Shown: positions 27,522 to 41,940, counted from the first letter of the stretch. The stretch is DNA of 64,000 nt from Eledone cirrhosa (GCA_964016885.1 OZ024742.1:288176001-288240000), one strand, 5' to 3'. Made by a program: numbers and translations. Notes: generated by a model not told the origin, from the letters alone.

Positions 27522-29310
27522 CTCATCATCATCATCAACGTTTTATGTCCGTTCTTCCATGCTAGCATGGGTTAGACGGGTTGTCCTTTTGTGGGTAGTG
27601 TCCGGTCGGTTGACTATGCCTTGCTCATACAGGAACTGATTTTGGCTTGATTTCTACAGCTTGATGCCCTTCCTAACACCAACCTCATTTACAGTGAGTG
27701 CTGGGTGCTTTTTCCGTGGCGCCTACATGTCCACTTTACAGTGTGGGCTGGGTGCTTTTTTGCCGTGGCACCTACACGACCACCTTGCAGTGGGAGGGTG
27801 TGGGGCATATTGTCTATATGCTTCAGCTTGTACCCATGGGAGGTCGGGTACTCTGTATTACTGCGTGACGCCAGAGGTCACGGTCGTGTGTCATCGCCTT
27901 TGAGAGGTGTAATTGGGTAAGGTCGGCTTTTATCACCTCATCCCAGGTCTTCTTGGGTCTCCCCAATCCGCGGTTTCCATTGACTTCTAGTGTTCTGCAC
28001 CTTTTTATGCAGCTGTCATCCTTCATACACATCACATGTCCATACCAGCGTAACCGCCTCTCCTGCACGCAGCATTTGATTCCTCTTATGCTCAGTCTCT
28101 CTCTCAATTCATTTATGCTTTGTCGTTCGCGTATATTACTATTACCCATCCACCGGAGCATGCAGGCTTTGTTTCTTTCTAATCTACGTAAGTCTTCCAC
28201 CTTCAGCGCCCAGGTTGCACTACCATTGGTGTTCGGATACACGCATCATACAGTCTGCCTTTCATTTTGAGGAAGAAGCCTTTTGCAGCTAGCAGTGGCA
28301 GTAGTTCCCTAAACTTCTTCCATCCCGTTCTTACCCTAGTTGTTGTACTTTCTGAACACCCACCTCCGCTGCTAATTCGGTCACCTAGGTAGCAGAAGCT
28401 GTCTACTGTTTCTACAGAGCCCTCCCAGAGATTGGTGGTACTTGTTTCCTGTGGCTGTTTGCTGCTTGCTGCTGCATATAAAGCCTACATTCTTAACTAA
28501 GCTTCCTGAGATCCCGCTACATCTCTTGTGTACCCATTGTTTGCATTTGGGGCAGAGAATGGAGTTTCTACCTACACCTGTCCTACATACTGAGCAAGGC
28601 CATTTCCCTGAGGGGATCTGGGTTCTGTTTTCTCATCTACTTACAAGGACTTTAGTTTTTGTCATGTTGACTTTGAGACCCTTTCTTTCTAGTCCCTGCT
28701 TCCAAGTTTGGAATTTCTTCTCTAGTTCTACCATAGATTCAGCTATAAGTGCGAGGTCATCAGCATACAGGAGTTCCCATGGGCATCCAGTCTTAAACTC
28801 CTCCGTTATCGCCTGCAGGACTATGATGAACAGGAGAGGGCTAAGAACAGAGCCCTGGTGGACACCAACCTGTACGCTAAATTCCTCGCCATACTCATTG
28901 CTAATCCTAACTTTGCTGAATGCTCCCCTATACATGGCTTGTACAGCTTTCACAAGCCATTCATCTACTCCTAGTTTTCTAATAGCCCACCAGATTACAG
29001 CACGCAGAACTCTGTCAAAGGCTTTCTCGAGATCGACGAATGCCAGGTAGAGTGGCTTTTAGCTAGGTACTTTTCCTGTAACTGCCTCACAAGGAAGAGG
29101 GCATCAGTGGTGCCTCTTGCTGGTACAAACCCAAATTGCATCTCATCTAGTTTCACCCGGTCCCTAATCAACTGTGCTATAACTCTTTCTGTTACTTTCA
29201 TGACCTGGTCCATCAGCTTTATACCTCTATAGTTTCCTCTATCTAGTGCATCACCTTTACCTTTGTAGCAGTTGACAATGATGCTACTGCACCAATCTTT
29301 TGGTATGACC
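27522..29310 (-). mobile_element. 5'-truncated RTE LINE, frameshifted
   Basis: NYRGIKL, QFGFVP, VGVHQGSVLSPLLF, LLYADDL, RRLRWYGHV; 3' UTR and (GAT)n tail. Confidence 0.92.
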
Positions 29311-31189
29311 GAACTAAGAATCCCCTGCAGTCCACATAGACTGGAAATAGCCATGCCTGTCTACCCTTCTCCCTACACCCCTGCACAAGTATTTGAAATT
29401 TGGCACTCTTTCACTTAAAGGCTTAGCTGCACTCTTCTTCCCATGGGGCTATGAGTTCAATCAGGATCATCTTTTTTAATCCTTTTAGACCAAAGTAATA
29501 CATCTGGCCGCAGTAAGTTTAGGTGTAGTTGTATTGAGCTTAGCTTTAGTAAATATACGTCTACTATTATGTAACCATGAGTAGAAGCTCTAAAAGTGTT
29601 TGTATCTAGGGGGTCTATATGCACTGATTACCTATTTATGTGGGATGTTATGCTAACTAATTACAAGGACTATGAACAGTATAGTATGTCTGGGACATCG
29701 GTCTGTGCATTTAATTTAAGGAAGGTGTGTTCTTAGTTAGGATTACTGCTATGGTTAACTACTTTCTATATAATTTAAGGAAAGATCCAGACGTTCGGTG
29801 TAGGTAGGTGCCAAAAACGTTGCCCTTCTATTAATTATTTGAAGTCTACCTCAAAGAATTTCTATGGTTTCATTTAAACATAGATTGCATACATTAGAGC
29901 CACCTGTTAGGATGCAGTGTTCAAACCCTCAACATAATAAATGATTCATTTAAGATGAAAACATTTAAAATGGAAATACATAGTCAATTGATGTTAATAT
30001 TTCCTTTTTCTTCAGACTAATATATAAACACATTGAACTATTTTAAAACTGTTTGGCAATTATATACTACGATATATAATTCTCCACATAAAATTGGGTT
30101 ATATATATATATATCTTTACATTTGCTATATATATCCAGCCCACACTGTAAAGTGGTTGTGTAGGAGTCACGACAAAAAGCACCCAGCACACTGTAAATG
30201 TGGTTGGCATTAGGAAGGGCATATAGCTGTAGAAATCTAGCCAGAAACAGTTCTATATGAAGAAAACAAGTCACTTGACCCAACTTGCCTCTAATGGGAC
30301 AACCCATGCTAGCATGGAAGGTGGACGTTAAACGATGATGATGATGATATATACACAGATGATGGAATTATTACAGAAGCAATGGAATTATTTTTAAAGA
30401 CATTTCATTTATTCATCTTTTACATGTGTTTTATTGTGCTGATTGTGTAACAGAATTATGTAAGTCAATCGAATTCTGTGCACTAGACTAGATGTACAGC
30501 TCTTCAGAAAGGAAATGAAATCTGTCATCAAAATGCTGTGTATTTAGGTAAATGGTGATTTTGTGAGTTAGCACTATGGTAGAGGTCCAATCAACATGCT
30601 AGATTTAGTAGAAGGAACTGGATGAATCCAAAGGTCCAATCAGTGTATTGAATTCGGTATATTTTAAGGCTGGGGAATAACCTACTGTATTAAGACAAAT
30701 TAATATATAGCGTTTGTTTGGGCGTTGAAATTTCAGTAGTGGATAAAGGGAGCATCTGGATATTTTCTGGTGGTGTTGAGTTTATTTGCATTTATTGATT
30801 GATTGATAGTTTCAGAGGTAACAAATGATTCCTTATCCAACATATCTAGTTATGTGAGTCTTGTGAATTAGGTATGAACACAATTTTACTTTTAAAGTCG
30901 GATCTACTCAGAGTACGATAAAGTGGTCATCCTGGAGCCACGACAAAAAGTGCCCAGTCCACACAGTAAAGTGGTCATGTTGGCGACACAAGAAGCATCC
31001 AGTACATACTGTAAATGTGGTTGGCATTAGGAAGGGCATCCAGCTATAGAAACCAAGCCAAATCACAGTCCCAGACCTGGATCTCTCACAATGGGACAAC
31101 ACGTCCTACCCATGCTAGTGCGGAAAATGGACGTTAAATGACGATGATGATGATGAATATGAATATTCATTGGAATTACTTTTATTTGC

Positions 31190-31640
31190 TGAAAGTTAGG
31201 ATATTCTCAATGATACACCCTTCACAATAGAATTTATGATGGAATATCGATAGTTTGAGTCTTTGTTGATATCAATAAGGTTGTCATTAAGTTTGTGGTA
31301 TGGTCTGTCGAGCCCCGAGACCAGTTCTAGAGTTACAGCTAGGAAGTTAGTTTTTCTATTGTTGTATTCAATCAATATTCTTAGTCGCATATTTTTAAAG
31401 AAGAGTCATATTGTTTTCCTTCTACATTCTAGTTGTGGTCAGCTGAAATACTGGACCATCAATAACATATCATCTCTATATAGACCTCCCGAGAGTTCTG
31501 GAATTTCCTCCTTTAGTTTGTACATTCCAATGAGATTTGTCACTTTGGCTGAGTCACTAAAATCCATAGTAATGTTGAAATTAATTTTCCTGTCTTGATG
31601 AGTCCAATAGTTTCCATGTTGGTGCCACAATGAAATGCAC
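31190..31640 (-). mobile_element. Penelope-like element RT remnant (may extend to about 30000, interrupted by RTE tails)
   Basis: FNITMDFSDSAKVTNLIG...GLYRDD and NFLAVTLEL...RPYHKLN...SNYRYSIINSIVKGVSLRIS, resembling the PLE RT consensus (FDVTMGS.DGAE, YRDD, FLDVT, SNHP). Confidence 0.75.
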
Positions 31641-32052
31641 TTTAACTGTAGAAACTATGCAAAACTGTGATGTGTTGAGTGAGATGTGATCCTTTGACAT
31701 GTCTAGGAGAATGGTAGCTCCCATTAAGTAATAAACTGCCTCAAAAACGTCTCATCAAACCTATGCCAGCATGGAAAAGTAGATGCAAAATCAATGATAA
31801 TGTTAGTAACAATGATGATGATGAGTCATGGAAGCCTATTATAACCTTTATAAATATACTCATGATGATGATGATTACATTTTTTTTCATATACTTACTT
31901 TAGACATACACAAAGTTATTTTTTTTTATGAATACACACACATTGATTTTTTCATAAATATGATTTAACCACAAACATGGCATCTCTCTTGTATCAAATC
32001 TTCTGTGAGTAATTGAGACAATTCCTACACAGAAAGATTTACCACAGATATA

Positions 32053-33354
32053 TCAATGATACAGTTTCTCTTCTGTATGAATACGTTTGTGAGTATTTAA
32101 TTGATAATTCCGAGAAAATGATGTACCACAGATATCACAGTGGTATGGCTTCTCGCCTGTATGTATACGTTTATGAATAGTTAAGTGATGGCTTTGTAAG
32201 AATGATTTACCACAGATATCACAGCAATACGGCTTCTCTCCTGTATGAATGGATTTGTGAGTAGTTAAGGCACTACTTTGAGAGAATGATTTACCACAGA
32301 CATCACAGTGATATGGCTTTTCTCCTGTATGAATACGTTTATGAACAGTTAAGACACGTCCATCAGAGAATGATTTACCACAAATATCACAGTGATATGG
32401 TTTCTCTCCTGTATGAATACGTATGTGTTTAGTTAAATGATCACTTCGAGAGAATGATTTACCACAGATATTACAGTGATACTGTTTCTCTCCTGTATGA
32501 ATGTATTTGTGCCTAGCTAAGTGATCATTTCTAGAAAAAGATTTACCACAGATATCACAGTGATATGGAATCTCTCCTGTATGAATACGTTTGTGCGTGG
32601 TTAGAATACCTTTTTCAGAGAATAATTTACCACAGACATCACATTGATATGACTTCTCTCCTGTATGAATGTATCTATGTGTAATTAAGTTACTGCTTGC
32701 AGAAAATGATTTACCACAGATTTCACAGTGATATGGCTTCTCCCCTGTGTGAATACGTATGTGTGTAGTTAAGCGACATCTTTCAGAGAATGATTTATCA
32801 CAGATATCACAATGATATGGTTTTTCTCCTGTATGAATACGTTTATGAATAGTTAAGGCATTCCCTACAGAGAATGATTTACCACAGATATCACATTGAA
32901 AGGGCTTTTCTCCTGTATGAATACGTTTGTGATTAGTTAAAACATTTCCCATAGAAAACGATTTACCACAGATATCACAATGATGTGACTTCTCTCCTGT
33001 ATGAATATGTTTATGTTTATTGAAATGGTCACTCCGTGAGAATGATTTACCACAAATACCACAATTATATAGTTTCTCACCTGTATGAATATGTTTATGC
33101 CTAATTAAGTGATCATTTCGAGAGAATGATTTCCGACAGATATCACAGTGATATTGCTTCTCTTCTGTATGAATTTGTTTGTGTTGAGTTATATCATCAT
33201 TTTGTGAAAATGATTGACTACAGATGTCATAGTGATATGACTGTTCTCCAGTATGAATGAGTTTGTGTTGAGTTAGGTCAACATTATGTGAGAATGATTT
33301 ACAACAGATATCACAATGATATGGTTTCTCTCCTGTACATGATTCAGTTTCCAT
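32053..33354 (-). CDS. Tandem C2H2 zinc-finger protein, 433 aa from the first ATG (15 units, 14 canonical)
   Basis: Finger repeats with TGEKPY linkers; the ORF-track start at 33486 is TTG, first ATG is at 33354; shared acceptor AG at 33709-33710. Confidence 0.92.
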   Translation of the reverse strand: METESCTGEKPYHCDICCKSFSHNVDLTQHKLIHTGEQSYHYDICSQSFSQNDDITQHKQIHTEEKQYHCDICRKSFSRNDHLIRHKHIHTGEKLYNCGICGKSFSRSDHFNKHKHIHTGEKSHHCDICGKSFSMGNVLTNHKRIHTGEKPFQCDICGKSFSVGNALTIHKRIHTGEKPYHCDICDKSFSERCRLTTHIRIHTGEKPYHCEICGKSFSASSNLITHRYIHTGEKSYQCDVCGKLFSEKGILTTHKRIHTGEIPYHCDICGKSFSRNDHLARHKYIHTGEKQYHCNICGKSFSRSDHLTKHIRIHTGEKPYHCDICGKSFSDGRVLTVHKRIHTGEKPYHCDVCGKSFSQSSALTTHKSIHTGEKPYCCDICGKSFLQSHHLTIHKRIHTGEKPYHCDICGTSFSRNYQLNTHKRIHTEEKLYH

Positions 33355-34468
33355 AATCTTTCTTTTAACAGCAAAATATTTAAATCTTCTTCTCAATTCT
33401 GGTTTAGTCCTAACAAAAAAAGTTGTTTTTATATTACTATCAAGTGTAATCTTTGTGAATATCAGAAGATATGATCTCCTCTGCAAATTTGTTTCAGTTT
33501 AATTGGAATGGAAAATCCTTTTGTATTCATTTCAGACAGTAAAGTAGAGAAATGCTATTAATCTCACGTAGATAAAATATTTCACAGCAATTCAACCATA
33601 GATTTATATAGTGCTTGTAAAACATCTTCCTTTAGTCTTTAAAAGATAATAAATATTCATGATGTATCGCAAGTAAATAATTCTGTTATGCCAATGTCAT
33701 CTGATATTCTGAAATAATAAAGATAACAGTATAAGATAAAGAAGATACTTAAAATGATTCAACAGTGGAAATTTTACTACATTACCATATTGATAAATTG
33801 AAGTTATAAATTTTTATCTGAATAATTGGACTTTACTTATTGTTATTAAAATTACATTATACATGTATACTGTAAATTAGCCACAATATATTTATGGTAA
33901 GTCTACATATTTCTCTTTTTAATAAAACAAGTGGGGCCATTCATCAATAATAGACTGGAAAGGAGAAAGGCCTAGTGACTAATTTGACTAAGCCATTGTT
34001 TGTTATTGTATAACATTAAACATGCAATATAACAACAAAAACAGATCAATAAATAAACAGCTAATTGTTGCCTCTACGACTACCAACTCAGCCTGCCACA
34101 ATATTTACAAGTTTATTACTAGCTGCCTGCTGACCACACATGCATGTTAAGCATGTATAGAACTCAGTCAGTCATAATATAACTTAAACATGAACCACAG
34201 AGGCCTAGAAAGGTCTGCTCTGACATACTTCTAGGTTCCCAATCGATCCCTTAGTAATGGATAGTACATCCAAAATATATTGGGATTCATAAATATTACC
34301 AAAGTAACATAGTCGCTGATGCTTGTTTTTCTTCCTTCTCTTCCCCTTTTTTATACTCAATCTCACTTCTCTCACTCCACCCTCAATATTTACAACCCCA
34401 TCTGAACTGTAACGACATACCCACTTTATATTTATATTTATCTCTATATATATATATATATATATACA

Positions 34469-35706
34469 CGAGGTGTGTCAGAAAAGTTCCAGGACTGATG
34501 TCACAAAAGATTTATTTCAAACCCAAACTTCACACTAAGAGTTTTCTCCTTCAAAGTAATCCCCCTGGAGTATGTAACTGCAATCTTAGCTCTCTGCAGT
34601 GATCAAACTTTTTTCTTCAAAATTTTATATACGTGGAGGCACATGGCTTAGTGGTTAGAGCATTGGCCTTGCAATCGAAAGGTTGTGAGTTCAATTCTCA
34701 GACCGGATGATGTGTCGTTTCCTTGAGCAAGACACTTTATTTCACATTGCTCCAGTTTACTCAGCTGTAGAAATGAGATGATAGGGACTGGGGTCCATAT
34801 CATTCCACTGCAAAGTGGTCGTGGAGGTTCCACGGCAAAAAAAAAGCACCCAGCACTCACTGTAAATAAGGTTGGTGTTAGGAAGGGCATCCAGCTGTAG
34901 AAATCAAGCCAAAATCAGTTCCCGTCCCACCCTTGCAAGCAGGGAAAAAGCGGACGTAAAATGAAATGAAATGAATGTCCTCTGTTTCAGGTCATCAAGC
35001 AATGAGCACAGAGCAACGAACAAACTTGAAAACTCCGTCAGAAGCACTGGGATTGCTGCAGCAAGTGTATGGAGATAAGACAATGTCACGCTCACGTATT
35101 TTTGAGTTGTGCAAGAGGTTTAAAGTAGGACGTGAGGACATAGAAGATGACCCCAGGAGCGGAAGGCCCTCAACAACCAGGACTGAGGTCAACGTTGAGC
35201 GCATCAGGCAGATGGTGCGTAGCGATCGTCGGCTGACTTTTTGACTGATGGCAAATGAGCTGGGCATGAATCGGGACAGCGTCTGGAAGATTCTCACTGA
35301 AGATTTGGACATGCGGAAAGTCTGCGCGAAGATGGTTCCAAAACTGCTGAACGATGACCAGAAGGGTCGACGCATGCAAGTGTGCCAGGACATCCTCGAG
35401 CCTCTTGAAACCGAACCAGACTTGCTAGGGACAGTCATCACCGGTGATGAGTCATGGATCTTCAAGTACGACCCGGAGGGGACCCGTTTTGAAAACGTGG
35501 ATGACATCAAAAAGGCTGTGACGACGGAGCTGCGGAGGATCCTGGAAGAATCCTTCCAGGAGTGCATGCAAGCGTGGCAGAAAAGGATGGAAAAGTGCAT
35601 TAGACTCCAGGGGGATTACTTTGAAGAAGAAAACTCTTAGTGTGAAGTTTGGGTTTGAAATAAATCTTTTGTGACATCAGTCCGGGAACTTTTCTGACAC
35701 ACCTTG
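34469..35706 (+). mobile_element. Internally deleted mariner element with 103-bp inverted ends
   Basis: Inverted repeats 34469-34571 / 35604-35706; PRSGRP, KMVPKLL, ITGDESW motifs; catalytic middle deleted; TA-repeat flanks. Confidence 0.92.
34634..34977 (+). mobile_element. tRNA-derived SINE with RTE tail, nested in the mariner
   Basis: Near-identical to 20072-20410; (ATGAA)n tail. Confidence 0.8.
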
Positions 35707-35714
35707 TATATATA

Positions 35715-38700
35715 TATTGTGTTCAAGAGACTAGGTGGACGGGTGGGTCGGCTAGATTCATTGTGGGTTAAAAACGAAGCTATAAACTTTTCTGGGTGGG
35801 AAATGACAATGGGTTGGGTGGAGTAGGAATTATGTTAGCAGAAAAATGGGTAGATAAGGCCATAAATAGAGTGAATGACAGAATAATTAAAATAAGACTA
35901 GTCCTAAATAGAACTACTGTGACAATAATATCCGCTTATGCACCCCAATCTGGCCTACCTGACGTTATAAAAGACATGTTCTATGAGTCGCTAATGCTTA
36001 CTACCTCCTAAATATCCGACAGTGACTACATAATTATTGCTGGCGACCTAAATGGTCATGTTGGACAACATTGTGATGGCTATGATGGAATCCATGGAGG
36101 CTATGGGTTTGGTACTAGAAATGAGGAAGGCTTCAGAATCCGGGAATCCTGTGACGCTAATAACCTAATTATCTGTAACACAACTTCAAAAGACAAGACA
36201 ATCACTTGATCACCTATAGATCAGAGGAACACGCCAGTCAGATAGAAGATGTGACAGAGTGTCTGTTGCAAACACTAAATCCCTCCCCCATGAAGAATGC
36301 ACCTGCCAACATAGCCTCATAGTTAGTGACCTCATAGTCAGGACTTGATGTACACGACATCAGAGAAGGACTACCCTGAGGAGAAGAATATGGAAGTTGA
36401 AGGACCCCACAGCCAGTAACAAATTTAAAAGCATATTACTTGATGCTTTTGACAGTAAGGAAGAGCAATTAGAGACGTACAGTATAGAGGAACAGTGGGA
36501 ATTCCTGAAAGTTAACCTGCTGAAGGCGACAGATGAAATCTGTGGCTGGTGCAGACCTATAGGCAGGAGGAGAGTAACTTGTTGGTGGCACAGTAAGGTG
36601 GAGGAGTCAATCAAGGCCAAAAAACAGGCTTGGAAAGTATGGCAGGATGGGGGAAGTAGAGAACACTATCAAGTGGCCAGGAGAGAAGCTAGGAGACAAG
36701 TGTACTTTGCAAGAAGGGAAGCAGAGGAAAGAAAGTTCAAGCATGTTCTACAACGCAAGGACCAAAAACGTGAGGTGTTCAGAATTGCAAGACAATGTGT
36801 CAAGGAAAACCATGATATTGTCCATAGGTGTACTTGCCCTCACTGATACTGATAAGAAGGTAGCTTGGAAGTGTCACTACGAGAGACTACTAAATGAGGA
36901 GAATAAATGGGAAAAAGATTGTCTGCCCCAAATCGATCCAATAGAGGGACCAGCAGTGCAAGTTAAACGTAGTATAAGTAAGGCAATCAAAGATATGAAG
37001 ACAGGCAAGGCACCTGGGCCTTCAGAAATAGTTGCTGAGATGTTGAAAGCATCTGGAATGGTGGGACACACTATGGTCACCCGGATAGTAAACCAAGTAA
37101 TACAGAATGGGGTCATACCAAATGACTGGCGTAGCAGCAGCATCATTAACTGCTACAAGGGTAATGAAGATGCTCTAGATAGAGGAAACTATAGAGGCAT
37201 TAAGTTAGTTGACCAGGTAATGAAGGTCACAGAAAGAGTTATAACGCAACTAATCAGAGAATGAATTGATCTAGATGAAATGCAGTTTGGGTTTGTGTCA
37301 GGTAAAAGTACCACAGATGTTCTTTTCCTTGTATGACAACTACAGGAGAAGTACCTAGCTAAAAGTAAACCCCTCTACTTAGCTTTTGTTGACTTGGAGA
37401 AAGCCTTTGACAGAGTCCTCCACTCCATTATCTGGTGGGCTCTTAGAAAACTAGGTGTTGATGAATGGCTTGTGAGAGCTATACAAGCCATGTATAAAGA
37501 AACAGTCAGCAAGGTTAGAATTAAAAATGAATATAGTGAAGAATTTAGCGTAAAAGTTGGTGTTCATCAAGGCTCTGTCCTTAGCCCCCTCTTATTTATT
37601 ATTGCCCTTCAGGCTATAACAGAGGAGTTCAAGACTGGCTGCCCATGGGAACTTCTATACGCAGATGATCTACCTCTCATAGCTGGATTGATGGCTGAAC
37701 TAGAGAAGAAATTTCAAACATGGAAGCATGGCCTAGAATCAAAAGGCCTTAAAGTTAACTTGTCTAAGACTAAAGTTCTAGTATGTAGAAAAAGAAATAA
37801 GGCACAGGTGCCCTCAGGGAAATGGCCATGCTCAGTGTGTAGGAAAGGAGTCGGCAGAAATTCCATTTTATGTCCCAAATGCAAACTATGGGTACATAAA
37901 AGATGTAGTGGGATCACAGGTAAGCTATCTAAGAACAGATTTTATATGACAGATGCTCAGGTACAATAAGTAGTAAGTGCCCACAGGATACTAGCTCCTT
38001 CTATTACCCAGATGGTTCTATAGAAATAGTGGACACTTTCTGTTACCTGGGTGACAAAATCAGCAGTGGTGGAGAGTACTCTGAAAGTACAGTAGCCAGA
38101 GTCAGAATGGGATGGAAAAAGTTCACAGAGCTTATACCACTATTCGCTACTAAAGGTTTCTCTCTAAAAATGAAAGGCAGATTGTATGATGCCTGTATAC
38201 AAACAGCAATATTACATGGCAGTGATACATGGGCATTGTGTGCAGAGGACTTGCGCAGACTGGAGAGGAACGAAGTATGCATGCTATGTTGGATGTGTAA
38301 TAGTAATATACGCGAACGGCAAAGCATAAATGAACTAAGTGAGAAATTAGGAATAAGAGGGATCAGATGCTGTTTACTTGAGAGAAGACTACATTGGTAT
38401 GGTCACATGATGCGCATGAAAGATGACAGCTGTATAAAAAAGTGCAGGGCGATCAAAATTGATGGTCGTTACGGAGTAGGTAGACCCAGAAATACCTGGG
38501 ATGATTTGATAAATTCCAACCTTATTTACACTTACACCTTTCTAAGACAATGTCACTGGACCGAGATCTTTGGTGCCATGCAGTAATACAGAAGACTCGC
38601 CTTGCCTATGTACAAAGCGAAATCTACAGTCAGAGGGCACCTATTAACCAAATATACACCCCATCCCACTACCCCTACTCCACCCTCTCACCCCCACCAA

Positions 38701-39010
38701 CACCACCCTTTCTCTGTAAAGTTATGTTGGTCCATCAACATCCAGTCCAAAATAAAAGGTTGTGTAGGTGTCACAACAAAAAAACACAGTCCACGCTGTA
38801 ATGTGGCCATGTAGGTAACATAATAAAACCTCCCAGTCCACAATGTAAATGTAGTTGGTGTTAGGAAGGGCATCCAGCCGTAGAAAACCTGCCAGACAGT
38901 CCTATACGAGCGAGACATGGTCACCCGACCAATCTTGCCTCAAGTGGGACAATTCCCATCTAAACCCATGCTAGCGTGGAAGATAGCCGTTAAACGATGA
39001 TGATGATGAT
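35715..39010 (+). mobile_element. Near full-length degraded RTE LINE
   Basis: VQETRW, GVGI, ISAYAPQ, GDLNGHVG endonuclease motifs; KAPGP, NYRGI, HQGSVLSP, YADD; (GAT)n tail; many stops and frameshifts. Confidence 0.92.
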
Positions 39011-39020
39011 ATTCTAGTCA

Positions 39021-39069
39021 GCTTCCTGATGATTTCTCCCGAATGAAACAATTTTAGTCCTGTAGAAGC
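39021..39069 (+). ncRNA. Type I hammerhead ribozyme motif (compact family, second copy)
   Basis: gcttc CTGATGA tttc-tccc-gaat GAAA ca...tg TA gaagc; perfect 5-bp stem I. Confidence 0.72.
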
Positions 39070-39354
39070 CATTTCTATATTAAAGATTTATACTCTGCTA
39101 TGTATTGAGTACCTTACTTACTGTGGTTACCCCTGTAGTTACATTTTCTTTTTGTCAGAAAATGATGATTGATTTTAAATCAGTAATATAATTTATGGAG
39201 AAAAACTCTGCATTTCAATATTACTCAATGTAAAATGTAATGCATGAAAAATTGGAAAACATTATTTTTAGTAATATATCAAATCAAAATTACATTATTA
39301 AATCTTATTCTTATTTTGTTTCTTGTAAATAATTTTTTTTCAAAATATCAATTC

Positions 39355-40065
39355 AAAACTTTTGTGAATAGGCATCATATCTTGTCATTTACCTATGGTT
39401 TAAATTTCATATAAATCAAAGGGAAAACATTTTCAGCAGGGGTTTGTACCTCTGGGGAACCCTAATAGTGGGTTTAACCCCCATTAGGGTGTCTTAATAT
39501 TATTGAAATTTGCTGAAATTTTGTGAATAGGCAACATATCTTGTCATTTACATATGGTTTAAATTTCATATAAATCGAAGGGAAAAAATTTCACCGGGGG
39601 TTTTTGTGCCCCCGGGGAACCCTTTGATTAAAATGAAATATACTTATCCAAGTACCATGGGCAATGTAGTTTCAGAATATATATGGTTATGGCGGTCTAT
39701 CTCCAAAACAACAGGAGGAGTTCGTGAAAACTTGTTCCATTTATTGGCCAAAATTTTCACTATAGGGGGTTTAACACCCATTAGGGTTTCTTAATATTAT
39801 TGAAATTTGCTGAAATTTTGTGAATAGGCATCATATCTTGTCATTTACCTATGTTTTAAATTTCATATAAATCGAAAGGAAAAAACTTTCACCGGGGGTT
39901 TGAGCCCCCGGGGAACCCTTCGATTAAAATGAAATATACGTAAGAAATTAAATGGGCATGAGCCCCACACACGTGTTAAGTTTGAAGATCGGTTTGGTAG
40001 TTTTTGAGTTTTAGGTTCACAAACAAATCCACAAACAGACAGAAATTGCCATTTATGTATATAGA
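39355..40065 (-). mobile_element. Non-autonomous Helitron-like element with three internal tandem repeats
   Basis: Three copies of tttgtgaataggcatcatatcttgtcatttacctatggtttaaatttcatataaatc; minus strand begins A|TCTATATACATAAA followed by ctgtctgtttgt, typical of Helitron-N 5' ends; 3' CTRR end not identified. Confidence 0.45.
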
Positions 40066-41589
40066 TTGAACTGTTGTGCGCGTTTCGCAGAGGAATAACG
40101 ACTAGTGTTATAGAGGGTACTGATATAGAGAGATAGCCGAACATATATATTGTACATGGTCTTGCACCCCTCTGCTGTATTGTTACTTTCTGACAGATTT
40201 GGAGGTCAGATTCATTGAAAACACACTGAAAAAAACCTTGGAAAAAAAATTCCCACCAAAGAATTCTACCAACCCGATCCGTTTTCTAAAAACCGAGTCG
40301 TTTCCAACTGGTTTAGAGGTCAGATTTGTTGAAAACATGAAAACACTTAGGAAAAAGAACAATTTCCTACCGAACCGCTGAGGGATATTTTTTGTAAATT
40401 TACCCTCTTTGCGTTCAAATTCTGATCAACTTTGCCTTTCAATATCGATAAAAAGTACAATAATATTCGATGAGAATTAAATATGAGAGAAACAGGGAGT
40501 AGAGAATCTGTTTTGTAGAATATGAAAATAATAACCTTAGCTCGGTTAAATTGTTTGGTAATTTGGCTGTGGCGGAATGGAAGAGAAATAATATTCTCTG
40601 CAGAATAGCTTTTAGTTGTTGATAGTTATGTTGGATAAATAAAAAAATTGAAAGATTAAATAATTTGATTTAAGGTTCTTTTTTTTAACGCATATTTAAG
40701 ATATGATGATAGACATTAATCAATCAGATTCTTTTGGTACTCGTACGTTAATTGGGACTCAGAGTTAGCATGTTATTTTCGGATTTTACATCGAAATTTA
40801 GTTTTTTTTCTTTTAATTTTACATTTACGCAATGAAAGAATTTACAATCTATTATAATTACATATAAACACAATCTATGTAATAGATATGATTTCCAAAA
40901 GAATTAAATCGATAGAAATTAGAGAAAAATAAACGAGAGAAAACATACACAGATACATACTACAAATTTGTATTTGGTGTATCCCTCTAAAATGTTTGAG
41001 GCAAGTCAAGACACGGCATTACCACTATTGATAGCGAGACAGGAAACTGGAATAGCCAAACACCCTTACTAGAATCAGCTGATACTTTGGTAAGGAGATC
41101 GGCCAACAATAACAAAAACTTGGTCGTCAGTGGCTGAACTCTTCGAACGTTACGAATACCATAGACTTTTTTTTTAAATATGTAATTTAGTGGGTAAATC
41201 AGGATATTTCAGTAGTTCAATCCATTCGACTATGGATACAGTGATCTCCAAATTTGTTGAAGCATCTAAGGTGTGAAAAGGAGCGAAATAGTCGCAGACT
41301 GTGACGTCCTATACGAGACATCTATCTCTCTAACCAAAAGAATCTTCACAATATATTTTTTTAAATTCCTATTAGAGTAAGAAAGGATACATTTCACTAA
41401 AGACACCGAGCAACAAAAGGTTTTTACAGCTGCGGGAATCAAAGCAAGGATTTTATAAATTTGGCAATATCATTTAGACGTGACTTAAGATTGAACCTAA
41501 GTTAAACAACAACAAGAGCGCTCTCTACTGATTAGAGTTCCTCGGTCATACTTCCGGTATGTCATCCCAAATTACGTCCATAAACATTG

Positions 41590-41940
41590 TAGATTCTGAG
41601 TTCAAATCCCGCCGAGGTTAGCCTTGCCTTTCATCCTTACGGGATCGATAAACACTGGGGTTGATTTAATCGACCCCCCCCCCCAAAAAAAAAACCATGC
41701 TGGCCTTGTGCCTAAATCAGAAACCATTATTTCCACTATTATGTTGCTAATCGGTAGATTGGTAGTATCGGTAGAGAGTCGGACGCCATACTTTCCAGCA
41801 TAGTTATGTCCTTTACGGTCTGAGTTCAAATCCCGCCGAGGTTAACTTTGCCTTTCATCCTTACGGGGTCGATAAAATAAAGTACCAGTAATGTACTGGG
41901 TAATTGCTGGCCTTGTGCCAAAAAGTAGAAACAATTATTT
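41590..41940 (+). mobile_element. Two tandem octopus-type SINEs
   Basis: ctgagttcaaatcccgccgaggtta... occurs twice. Confidence 0.8.

Noticed and set aside
29945-30025. Hammerhead-like sequence on the minus strand (CTGAAGA, stem aggaaata/tatttcc) downstream of the Penelope RT remnant
   Set aside because: GAAA reads TAAA and stems I and III do not pair convincingly; at most a decayed pLTR ribozyme
33355-33486. N-terminal extension of the ZNF ORF in the ORF track
   Set aside because: Starts at TTG, unlikely for a eukaryotic nuclear gene; treated as 5' UTR
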